The notes under the pieces: generated by a model
The model's input: the letters and a program-made list of their open reading frames with translations, nothing else
Database searches by the model: none
Told to the model about the DNA's origin: nothing
Position numbers and translations under genes: made by a program
Shown: one piece after another, positions 18,934-26,946 of the stretch
Position numbering within the stretch: position 1 is the stretch's first letter
Layout: each line of letters starts with the position of its first letter
Assembly: GCA_963847625.1 (NCBI GenBank)
Contig: CAWKAR010000049.1
Span: 44,061-108,060, forward strand
Direction of reading: 5' to 3'
DNA length: 64,000 nucleotides
Source: a candidate division FCPU426 bacterium
GTDB taxonomy: Bacteria; Oederibacteriota; Muellerivitia; Muellerivitales; Muellerivitaceae

Positions 18934-19887
18934 TTAAGGGCTATGCATGCCGACCACCCCGAAACAGTTCGGAGCATTGGCCGAAATGTAAGTTTGGGTG
19001 TTGCTCAGGGTTACCTGGTTTTTAATATTTTGCACGTAAATGGCCCCCGCGACCCCGTTGACGTTGCCGGGGGTAGGGCACGGCATGACAAGGCTTAATT
19101 TTCGGAACTCGGTGCTGAATCTGGCGGTAGCCACCACCGAGTTGGGGGGCTGAGTCATGGATACGGCAAAATTGCCGGTCGTTGGATCGATTGATTTATC
19201 CATGCGTTTATAGACGTAACCGGTGCTGACAATGTTCCAAACATACCCGGACCCGTCAGCGTATTTAAATATTCTCTCGCCGGTGACATCATGAACAGCG
19301 TTGGGATCGAAAGCCCCGGTGCCCTGCTGTTTCACCTCGTATCTGGCCCAATAAAGGGCATTGGCGGTTACGGGACTGTCGAGGGGATATTCCTTCACGA
19401 TGCCGATGGAAGCATCGATGGTATCGGAAAGCTGGGCGTTGGCCGTGTTGTTTTGAGGGCTAAAAGCCTGGTCAATGTTGGTGTAAGGATAAACGGGTGT
19501 AGGAGTCGAGCCGGGTATTACGGGGGTAACCACGGCGCCGGCTACGAGGCCTCCATTGGAGGTTCTTCGGGAAAACCAGCCGAGGGTGTCCACTAAACCG
19601 GCCCTGGCCACATTTTCCGCCTCGCCGACATAGAGCATCCGTTCCTTGGACTGGCGGGAGGAATTGGAAACCAGCCTGTACCCGACGGTCATGAGCATAG
19701 TGGCGACCAGCATGAAGATGGCGGCCATGACCAAGGCTGAGCCTTTGTGATCCTTGAGGTATAGGATAAACCGGTTGAAGGGTGAAAAAGTTTTCCGGTT
19801 CCCCCTGGAACGCGAAACCACGAAGAAATCCCAAAAAGCTTTACCGAAGTGGGAAAAAGAAGGGTTTTTGCGCCGGCGTGGACTCAT
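18934..19887 (-). CDS. PilX/GspK-like pilin (N-terminal part)
   Basis: KG|SALVMAAIFMLVATMLM lacks E5, as PilX does, and is followed by AENVARAGL. AAGGAG RBS precedes the ATG. Confidence 0.75.
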   Translation of the reverse strand: MSPRRRKNPSFSHFGKAFWDFFVVSRSRGNRKTFSPFNRFILYLKDHKGSALVMAAIFMLVATMLMTVGYRLVSNSSRQSKERMLYVGEAENVARAGLVDTLGWFSRRTSNGGLVAGAVVTPVIPGSTPTPVYPYTNIDQAFSPQNNTANAQLSDTIDASIGIVKEYPLDSPVTANALYWARYEVKQQGTGAFDPNAVHDVTGERIFKYADGSGYVWNIVSTGYVYKRMDKSIDPTTGNFAVSMTQPPNSVVATARFSTEFRKLSLVMPCPTPGNVNGVAGAIYVQNIKNQVTLSNTQTYISANAPNCFGVVGMHSP

Positions 19888-19997
19888 TAATGTCGCTCCT
19901 TATCACTGCTTGGGGGTACTACATTAACACTAAAATTGTGAACCGTGGGAGCGGCAACCCCGGGAATGGATCTTTTTTGTGAACTACTTTCATGGTT

Positions 19998-20026
19998 ATT
20001 ATCTCCCTAAAGATATTAAGTGTCAA
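19998..20026 (-). promoter_or_regulatory. Sigma70-type promoter of the pilin cluster
   Basis: Minus strand TTGACA-17 nt-GATAAT. Palindrome TTAACGTTAA (20027-20036) abuts the -35, and TTGTGAAC is repeated at 19936 and 19977. Confidence 0.6.
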
Positions 20027-20110
20027 TTAACGTTAAACATAAATTTGGTAAAACGTCTTTCATTTCCCCCCAGGAATGGTATTCCAGCCCCGTCCTGGTC
20101 ATGGGGTGGA

Positions 20111-20956
20111 TCATGGGGCGAACTCCGCGGCCAGGAAAGTGTGATCCGATGGTTTTTCCAGGCCCCGGGGCTTGGTGTCGATCCAAATCTTTTTCAACCG
20201 CCCGGCCATGGGGGGGGTTCCCAGGATGAAGTCGATCCTCCATCCCAGGTTGCGCTTGAAGGTATCGGGCTGGCGGAAATCCCAAAAGGTGTAATGCCCC
20301 GGCCCCTTCTCCTTTTCCCGGAACAGGTCCGTCCACTTCCCTTCCATGGTTTCCCTCAGCGCGTTCCGGGCGTCGATATGGAAGCAGGGGTGGTCCCGGT
20401 TCCCTTCCGGGTTGTTCAGGTCGATTTCCTCGGGTGCCACGTTCAGGTCCCCCATCCAGAGGGCCGGCTGGCTTAAGGGCACTTCCTTATTAAAAAACTT
20501 TTTCAGGTCAGCCAGGAACTTGAGCTTGTAGCGGTATTTTTCGGACTCGATATCGAAGCCCTGGGGCACGTAGGTGTTGATGAGTCTCACGCCCTCGTAA
20601 TCTCCCATCAGGAACCGGGCCTGCTCCTCGGGGTCGCCGGGGTAAAGGCGGTTCACCACGTTTTGAAAGGGCTTTTTGGAAATGAATGCCACGCCGTTGT
20701 AGCTTTTTTGCCCGTGGAAAACCACGTTCCATCCCGCGGCTTCGATGACATCCCTTGGGAACTCATGGTCCTGCACCTTGGTTTCCTGAACGGCCAGGAC
20801 ATCGGGCCTCTCCTTTTTCAGCCAGTCCAAAACGATGCCCATCCGGGCCCGCAGGGAATTGGCGTTGAAGGTTGCGATTTTGAGTGATCCTGAAACGGCA
20901 CCATTGGATTTGGTCTTAGGCTTTGTTTTTTTCGGCATTAGAACCCTCTTCTTCAT
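20111..20956 (-). CDS. xth: Exodeoxyribonuclease III
   Basis: KIATFNANS, QETK, GQKSYNGVA, GDLNVAP, GWRIDF and SDH motifs. Confidence 0.95.
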   Translation of the reverse strand: MKKRVLMPKKTKPKTKSNGAVSGSLKIATFNANSLRARMGIVLDWLKKERPDVLAVQETKVQDHEFPRDVIEAAGWNVVFHGQKSYNGVAFISKKPFQNVVNRLYPGDPEEQARFLMGDYEGVRLINTYVPQGFDIESEKYRYKLKFLADLKKFFNKEVPLSQPALWMGDLNVAPEEIDLNNPEGNRDHPCFHIDARNALRETMEGKWTDLFREKEKGPGHYTFWDFRQPDTFKRNLGWRIDFILGTPPMAGRLKKIWIDTKPRGLEKPSDHTFLAAEFAP

Positions 20957-21062
20957 GAGCCGCGGTCGTTATGAGAATTAAAAAACATAAAAATCTTTTC
21001 GCCACGGATTCAGGGGATACATGGGATGAACCCAAGACCCATCAAACCCATTCGCGGGAAAA

Positions 21063-21548
21063 CTACTTTTTTAACCAATCTTCCCGCGCGGAAATGCGCC
21101 TGACTTGGAGTTCGGGTTTTCCGAAATTCAAAAGCAGGCAAACCTCGAAACCCGTTGCCTTGAGGTAGTTCAGACACTGCGCATAATGCACATTATCCAA
21201 AGCCTGGACAGCTTTCAATTCCACAAGAACTTTTTCTTCCACCAGCAAATCGGCAACATATTCCCCGACCAACACATCACGATATTTGATTTCCACTGGT
21301 TTTTGTTGCGTCACTTTTACGCCGATATGACGCAATTCCACAGCCAAAGCGTTCTCATAAACTTTTTCCAAAAAACCGCTTCCCAAGGTGTTCATGACCG
21401 TATACGCGCAACCGATGATTTTTTCGGTGATATCATTGAATGCGAATGTTTGGGTTGAAATATTTTCTTGGTTTAAATCCACCCTTTTATCCCCATGTTT
21501 CTTGGCTACTACGCCGTTCTCTTCAATGTTTTTTTTCCTGTTGTACAA
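21063..21548 (-). CDS. GxxExxY protein (PD-(D/E)XK nuclease fold)
   Basis: LGSGFLEKVYENAL, ADLLVEEKVLVELKA, AQCLNYLKAT, LLLNFG. The start may be downstream of 21548. Confidence 0.92.
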   Translation of the reverse strand: MYNRKKNIEENGVVAKKHGDKRVDLNQENISTQTFAFNDITEKIIGCAYTVMNTLGSGFLEKVYENALAVELRHIGVKVTQQKPVEIKYRDVLVGEYVADLLVEEKVLVELKAVQALDNVHYAQCLNYLKATGFEVCLLLNFGKPELQVRRISAREDWLKK

Positions 21549-21737
21549 AAAATTGCGTTTTTTTCTTTGCCTTTATCCATCCCCTGCATGCCGTGGTTAA
21601 ATGCCTTTTTGTTAGGTTGAAATTTATCCCATATTTCCCCTGCATCCGTGGCTAAAATTCCATTTCCTTTGGGTGGTTTTTCTTTGCTTAAACCTATCCC
21701 ATGTATCCCCCTGAATCCGTGGCTAGCATTCTTTGTC

Positions 21738-22043
21738 TCAGCTTGTCTCGTAATCCACAGCCGCGCGGGTGTCGGCGATCTTCTGGACGAACCCGGCCGC
21801 CTTCTGGTGTTCGGGATGGTTCTGGTATTGTTCCAGGTCTTCCCGTGTGCGGAAAGCCGAAACCAATACCACGTCGTAACCCGTCCCGGATGGTTCCACC
21901 TGGAATCCCACTTCCAATTCCTCGATTTGCGGGATGAAACCCCGCAAGGCTTCCAGCATATCCCGGAATTTCAAAGCGTTCTCATTTTTGGAGGCGCCTT
22001 CGGCCCGGTCTTTCAATTTCCACATCACGATATGCTTGATCAC
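21738..22043 (-). CDS. Dabb family stress-responsive A/B barrel protein
   Basis: IKHIVMWKLK…IPQI…YDVVLVSAF…YQNHPEH…AVDYE. Confidence 0.92.
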   Translation of the reverse strand: MIKHIVMWKLKDRAEGASKNENALKFRDMLEALRGFIPQIEELEVGFQVEPSGTGYDVVLVSAFRTREDLEQYQNHPEHQKAAGFVQKIADTRAAVDYETS

Positions 22044-22605
22044 TTTAAACCCCTTCTATTCCTTATATGGGTGGGTTTCTTTGCCTCAAACCGTCCCATG
22101 AATCTCCCTGAATCCTTGGCCACTTCGCCTTCTGAAGAAGACACATGTTAAAACACTTTGAGCACCGTTTGCCATAGTGGTTCTTTACACACCTGTCCAA
22201 AATAAACCTAGCCACGGATGCATGGGATTCATGGGATTTAAAAACACAAATATTTAAAGCTTTTTTTATGGTCTATCCGAGTGCATTCCCTGAATCCGTG
22301 GCAAAGGACTTGGTTTTGCTTAACGCCTTTTAGATTAAAAAATTCCTGATTTTATTTATCTTTGTTACCTGGATTTTGTTTAATTTGAACAGCTATGGGT
22401 TCCTTACTTTCCAAAGGAAACCGCCTGCTCCTTTTTGGGCTTTAAACCCGGCTGGAAAAGGCCTAATTTAGCGGGCTTTTCCAAAGGCTCTATCGAAACC
22501 AGGATAAAAAAAATTAACCCCGCTCCACCCTTTGCTTTAAGGGGCGGGGGTGATTTTATAAAGTCACTTCCTTATAGTTAAGGATCAAACGGGGAGAAAA
22601 ATCAA

Positions 22606-23412
22606 ATGGGTTTGTTGAGCGGAAAGAAAGCTTTCATTTTCGGCGTGGCCAACGACCGGTCCATCGCCTGGGGCATCGCCCAGGCCTTCCACCGGGAAGG
22701 GGCCGAGCTGGGTTTCAACTTCCTGGGGGAGGCCTTGGAAAAAAGGGTCCGGCCACTGGCGGAATCGGTCGGGGCCAAGCTCATCCTTCCCTGCGACGTC
22801 TCCAAGGACGACCAGATCCAGGCCCTTTACCGCGAAGTGGAGAAAACCTGGGGAAAACTCGACATCCTGGTGCATTGCATCGCCTTCGCCAACAAGGACG
22901 AGCTCTCCGGCGCTTTTTCCGCCACCAGCCGCGCGGGTTTCCACCTCGCCCTGGACATCTCGGCTTACAGCCTGATCGCCATCACCCGCCCCGCCCTTCC
23001 CCTTTTCAACCCGGGCGGGAGCATCATCACCCTCACTTACTACGGCTCCGAGAAGGTCATCCCCAACTACAACGTCATGGGAGTGGCCAAGGCCGCCCTG
23101 GAAAGCTCCGTAAGGTACCTGGCCAACGACTTGGGGCCCCGCGGCATCCGGGTCAACGCCATCTCCGCCGGGGCCATCAAGACCCTGGCCGCCTCCGGCG
23201 TGGAAGGCTTCAAGACCATGCTGAAAACCTCGGAAGGATTGACTCCCCTGAAGCGTAACGTCACCCAGGAGGAGGTGGGCAAGACCGCCCTGTACCTGGC
23301 CAGTGATTTGGCCTCCGGTGTAACGGGGGACGTGATCTACGTGGATGCGGGCGCCAACATCATCGGAATGTATTTTAACGAGAAGAAAGAAGATGCTCCG
23401 CCGAAAGCTTAA
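22606..23412 (+). CDS. fabI: Enoyl-ACP reductase (NADH)
   Basis: GVANDRSIAWGIA, LDISAYSL, YNVMGVAKAALE, VNAISAGAIKTLAA. Confidence 0.97.
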   Translation: MGLLSGKKAFIFGVANDRSIAWGIAQAFHREGAELGFNFLGEALEKRVRPLAESVGAKLILPCDVSKDDQIQALYREVEKTWGKLDILVHCIAFANKDELSGAFSATSRAGFHLALDISAYSLIAITRPALPLFNPGGSIITLTYYGSEKVIPNYNVMGVAKAALESSVRYLANDLGPRGIRVNAISAGAIKTLAASGVEGFKTMLKTSEGLTPLKRNVTQEEVGKTALYLASDLASGVTGDVIYVDAGANIIGMYFNEKKEDAPPKA

Positions 23413-23658
23413 AACCCAGCCGTGAATGACCCTTTCTTTCTATAAAATCCCTAAAAAATCTCTAGCCACAGATGCATGGGATTCAAGGGATTTATTTAAA
23501 TTCAAAATTGAGAATTTATAATGCATTCATGTGGTTTAGATGAATTTTTTGGCCCATCTAAATGCATCCCCTGAATCCGTGGCCAAGCCATGTTTTTGCT
23601 TTACGCCTTTTAAACTTAACCCCCTGATCTTAATTATCTTTGTTCCATGTATTTTGTT

Positions 23659-24033
23659 TTATTTGAAACTCCCGGCAGGTTCCCAAATCGAACAATAACT
23701 TCTGGTTTCAACCTTTTCCGCCGGGAGCTTTCGCAAGGTGATTTTCAGGGGTGTCTCGGAAAGAGCCATAGACTCTGCCGTGTGCGTTTTCAATGTTGCC
23801 CGTCCCCTGGGCGTGAATCCCAACCTGTTTGGCGCGAGCCCATAGTCCAGGTTCAATTCCTCGGAAGAAACCCTCTCAAAACGAAGCCGGTGGAAACCCG
23901 AGAAATCCAACGGCCGCCCCAGGTCCACGGCGAAGGCTTGAAGCTCAGCCGCCTGCTGGGGCCATTCCCTCTTCTCCAGGAAAAACATTTGGGTCAGCGC
24001 TAAAATTTCGGTCAATTCTTTTTTCCAACTCAT
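23659..24033 (-). CDS. Hypothetical protein
   Basis: 124-aa ORF with a G-rich RBS, directly downstream of radC. No family recognised. Confidence 0.6.
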   Translation of the reverse strand: MSWKKELTEILALTQMFFLEKREWPQQAAELQAFAVDLGRPLDFSGFHRLRFERVSSEELNLDYGLAPNRLGFTPRGRATLKTHTAESMALSETPLKITLRKLPAEKVETRSYCSIWEPAGSFK

Positions 24034-24062
24034 GGCCCCCCCTTATAGGCGCTATCAATGGA

Positions 24063-24878
24063 TCAAGCCAGCAATCCCGTTTGCCGGAAGGAGAAATGCC
24101 CCTCAGCGGTCAGGATGAGGTGGTCATGCACCGTGACTCCCATGGCCCGGGCGGCCGTGGCCACCTGGCGGGTCAACTGCTGGTCGCCCTCGGAGGGCTC
24201 CAGGCTTCCGCCGGGATGGTTGTGGGCCAGGATCAGGCCGGTGGCGTGCAGGTCCAGCGCCTTTTTCAGGATCTCCCTCGGGTAAACCGCGGTGTGGTCC
24301 ACGGTTCCCTCCTGGAGCGTCTCGAAGGAAAGCAGGTGGTTGCGGTGGTCCAGGAAAACCGCCGCGAAAATCTCCCGGGGCCTGCCGCCGATCTGCTCGC
24401 GCAGGAAGGCCACCACGTCCTCGGGGCCTGCGATTACCCGGCCCCGCTTGAATTCCTCGGTCTGGGCCAGCCGGCCGACGTCTCCCACAGCCTTCAAGTG
24501 CAGGGCGCTTTGGGGGGGCAGTTCCCCCAGCGTTTTCAGGCTGTTCAGGTCCGCCTCCAAAACGCTTCGCGCGTTCTTGAAGACGGATAGCAGTTTTTTC
24601 GCGTAGGGCTTGGTGTCCCGGTGGGGGATGGAAAAGGAAAGTAAAAGTTCCAGCAGTTCGTAGTCCTTAAGGGCTTTCGCTCCCGAGGAGGCGTACTTCT
24701 CCTTCAACCGCCTGCGGTGCCCCAGATAGGTAGGCAGTTCCTCCTGGGGGATGTTCAAAACCGGGGGCGCGGGCTCCCTTTCATCCGTGCTTGTTTCAGC
24801 CTCGTTTTCGTACGACTTTGAGGCCGGTTTCACCGGGCCGATTTGTAGGAAGGGCTGGTTCGCCGTTTGATTATTCAT
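24063..24878 (-). CDS. radC: RadC (JAB/MPN domain) protein
   Basis: GHRRRLK, YELLELLL, YPREI, HNHPGG.LEPS.GD, HDHLI. Confidence 0.93.
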   Translation of the reverse strand: MNNQTANQPFLQIGPVKPASKSYENEAETSTDEREPAPPVLNIPQEELPTYLGHRRRLKEKYASSGAKALKDYELLELLLSFSIPHRDTKPYAKKLLSVFKNARSVLEADLNSLKTLGELPPQSALHLKAVGDVGRLAQTEEFKRGRVIAGPEDVVAFLREQIGGRPREIFAAVFLDHRNHLLSFETLQEGTVDHTAVYPREILKKALDLHATGLILAHNHPGGSLEPSEGDQQLTRQVATAARAMGVTVHDHLILTAEGHFSFRQTGLLA

Positions 24879-24907
24879 GTTTTCGCTCCTTTTTCGCTTG
24901 ACGAAGG

Positions 24908-24937
24908 ATACAGGAGTATACTAGCATACACTCGTAT
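24908..24937. promoter_or_regulatory. Two tandem palindromic ATAC-N4-GTAT boxes (candidate LexA operators)
   Basis: ATACaggaGTAT (24908-24919) and ATACactcGTAT (24926-24937) lie in the radC/lexA divergent intergenic region, overlapping TTGACG-18-TAGCAT. Confidence 0.6.
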
Positions 24938-24971
24938 TCTTTTCCAGCCGAAATTCCAGGAGGCATAAAAC

Positions 24972-25589
24972 ATGGCGTCATCGGAGAAGGCCCTCACCGA
25001 CATCCAGCGCAAAGTGCTCCAATACGTCCAAGGCTACATGACGCAGTTCAACCGCCCACCCACGGTGCGGGAAGTCATGAGGCATTTCAAGTGGAACTCC
25101 CCCCAGAGCGCGCGCAAACACCTGTTGGCGCTGGAGGAAAAGGGTTATCTGGAGCGGGAGGACCGCATGGCCCGGGGCTTAAGCCTTCCGGGAAATTCCT
25201 CGCCCGGAATTTCCATTCCCATCCTGGGGAAGGTGGCGGCGGGATTGCCGATTCTCGCCGAGGAAAACCGCGAGGGAACTTTGGTGGTGGACCCCGCCAT
25301 GGCGCGGGGAGGGCGGAGTCTTTTCGCCTTGACCGTCAAGGGGGATTCCATGCTGGACGCGCATATCCTGCCGGGCGACAAGGTCATCGTTCAGCAAACC
25401 AGCCACGCCTCCCCGGGCGATGTCGTGGTGGCGCTATTGGAAGGCGAGGCCACGGTGAAAACCTTCAGGAAAACCTCCTCCAAAATCTTCCTGGAACCGG
25501 CCAACCCCAAGTACGAGCCCATTATGGTTTCCGAGGGGGAGGATTTCAGGATCATCGGCAAGGTGGTCGGGGTCTTCAGCCCGCGTTGA
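24972..25589 (+). CDS. lexA: SOS repressor LexA
   Basis: Winged HTH (PPTVREV…LEEKGYL), cleavage site VAAG.P, catalytic GDSM and TVK. Confidence 0.95.
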   Translation: MASSEKALTDIQRKVLQYVQGYMTQFNRPPTVREVMRHFKWNSPQSARKHLLALEEKGYLEREDRMARGLSLPGNSSPGISIPILGKVAAGLPILAEENREGTLVVDPAMARGGRSLFALTVKGDSMLDAHILPGDKVIVQQTSHASPGDVVVALLEGEATVKTFRKTSSKIFLEPANPKYEPIMVSEGEDFRIIGKVVGVFSPR

Positions 25590-25701
25590 TTTAGCGGCGG
25601 GCCTTTTGCGGATTAGGTCTTTAACAGAAGTTATCTTTTAAAACCAATCCCTCTCTAACACCAACTCTTGTCCCATTAACTATTTATATAAGGAGGTCCT
25701 T

Positions 25702-26190
25702 ATGTCCTTTACGTCTTCATCCACCTTAGTCCGGGAGGCTCCGCTTCCCTACGGCTCCAACCCCCTCGCCAACCCGGTTTTCGAGGTTTCCCTCAAGACA
25801 TCCGGAACCACGGGTCCCTTAAAAGACCTGCACAATGCCTATCGGCTGGTTCAAGCCCTCCTTCAATGGGAAATCCAGGGAAATTGTGTCCTCTTGGACT
25901 TCGCCCTATGGCCGCAAGGGGTTTTTGCGCGGGTCTCCCTCAAAAAGGGCTCTTCTCTTTCAGAATTCCTGGGGTTCCTCCGGGAAAAATCAACGCCCCC
26001 GGGCCGGCCGCCTTTGGATTATTGGGAGGATGAATTGACCTGGATTCGCCTTGTGCCGACGGAAAACCTGGAGGATTCGACCAACCGGTTTCTGCAAACC
26101 GCGGACCGGATCAGGGGGGAAATGGAACGTTCCCGCGGTTTTTCCCCCAGCCTCTTTTTTTTCTACCGGAATCCCCAATTGGGGAAATAA
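25702..26190 (+). CDS. Hypothetical protein, probably a degenerate Y1/RAYT transposase fold
   Basis: Strong AAGGAGG RBS. Motif order resembles RAYT, but the HUH and catalytic Tyr positions are substituted. Confidence 0.55.
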   Translation: MSFTSSSTLVREAPLPYGSNPLANPVFEVSLKTSGTTGPLKDLHNAYRLVQALLQWEIQGNCVLLDFALWPQGVFARVSLKKGSSLSEFLGFLREKSTPPGRPPLDYWEDELTWIRLVPTENLEDSTNRFLQTADRIRGEMERSRGFSPSLFFFYRNPQLGK

Positions 26191-26217
26191 AGCTTTGACC
26201 CGGCTTTTTGACGGTCT

Positions 26218-26649
26218 TTAAACAATCTCCGGGAAAACCTGTGGAATCCCTGTCATTTCCTTCAACTTGATAATAATTGATTTCGGCATTCCTAAAACCA
26301 CCCCGGGGGCTTTTTGAAAATTCACGAGAACCCTCTTATAAAAGGGGCCCTCCACTTCCCGGGCCGAAATGTCCTTCCAGGGAATGTATAGGGGGGCATG
26401 CCCCGTCTTGATGAAGTTGACGGCCTTGAGGGATAGGCCTTCACTGTCGGCCCCCAACTGGAGGGAAAAACCGTAGTTGACGATTCCCATCCGTCCCGAA
26501 CCCAATAGGATCTTTCCTTTAAACGGGCCTGGCGCCGGGTAAACCTTCGCCAGGGTGGACCATACCCCCAGACGGGCGACCATGGGGCCGGTGCCGATGA
26601 GGATAACCACGACGGTGATAAGCAGAACCGGGATGAAATAGGGGGGCAT
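26218..26649 (-). CDS. Hypothetical membrane-anchored protein
   Basis: N-terminal TM, then W..LA..YP…GL.L…PLYIPWKDI (PH-like small domain). Confidence 0.7.
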   Translation of the reverse strand: MPPYFIPVLLITVVVILIGTGPMVARLGVWSTLAKVYPAPGPFKGKILLGSGRMGIVNYGFSLQLGADSEGLSLKAVNFIKTGHAPLYIPWKDISAREVEGPFYKRVLVNFQKAPGVVLGMPKSIIIKLKEMTGIPQVFPEIV

Positions 26650-26758
26650 GGGTTTATGATTATCCCATCTCCATTTAGAGTCAAATCTCTTTTGGCAGTC
26701 AAGGGACGGTCCATCTCACCGCAGAGATGGGCAGGGCTACCGGTGGACTGCGCCCCTG

Positions 26759-26888
26759 TCATTGGGTTGCGACTTTTTATACTGGGTTGCTGGCCTTTTA
26801 TACTGGGTTGCGGTCATCTTATACTGGGTTGCTGGCTTCCAATACTGGGTTCGCGGCTCAGGGCAGGCCGCCTTGTATACCGGGTTCG
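26759..26888. repeat. 21-bp tandem repeat (core ATACTGGGTT)
   Basis: Core at 26779, 26800, 26821 and 26842 (period 21), with degenerate copies at about 26759 and 26877. Confidence 0.85.
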
Positions 26889-26946
26889 AGAAAGCTCCCT
26901 GGGGTGGACTGGGTTTTGTGAATGGGTTTAGGTTTTATGGCAGGAT

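Larger units (their letters stand above)
21001..23583. repeat. Cluster of nine ~27-bp REP-like repeats, consensus GCCACGGAT-KCAKGGGAT-WCATGGGAT
   Basis: Plus copies at 21001, 22211 and 23465. Minus copies at about 21575-21598, 21626-21652, 21696-21723, 22093-22120, 22275-22302 and 23556-23583. Confidence 0.9.

Noticed and set aside
18866..18940. Simple frameshift joining the two PilX-like ORFs
   Set aside because: The downstream frame has a TGA within the gap, and the second ORF has its own signal peptide.
21001..23583. CRISPR array or integron interpretation of the 27-bp repeats
   Set aside because: Orientations are mixed, spacing is irregular and copies are degenerate. There are no cas genes, no integrase and no attC RYYYAAC/GTTRRRY ends.
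26759..26888. Mini-CRISPR
   Set aside because: The period is only 21 bp, with no unique spacers.
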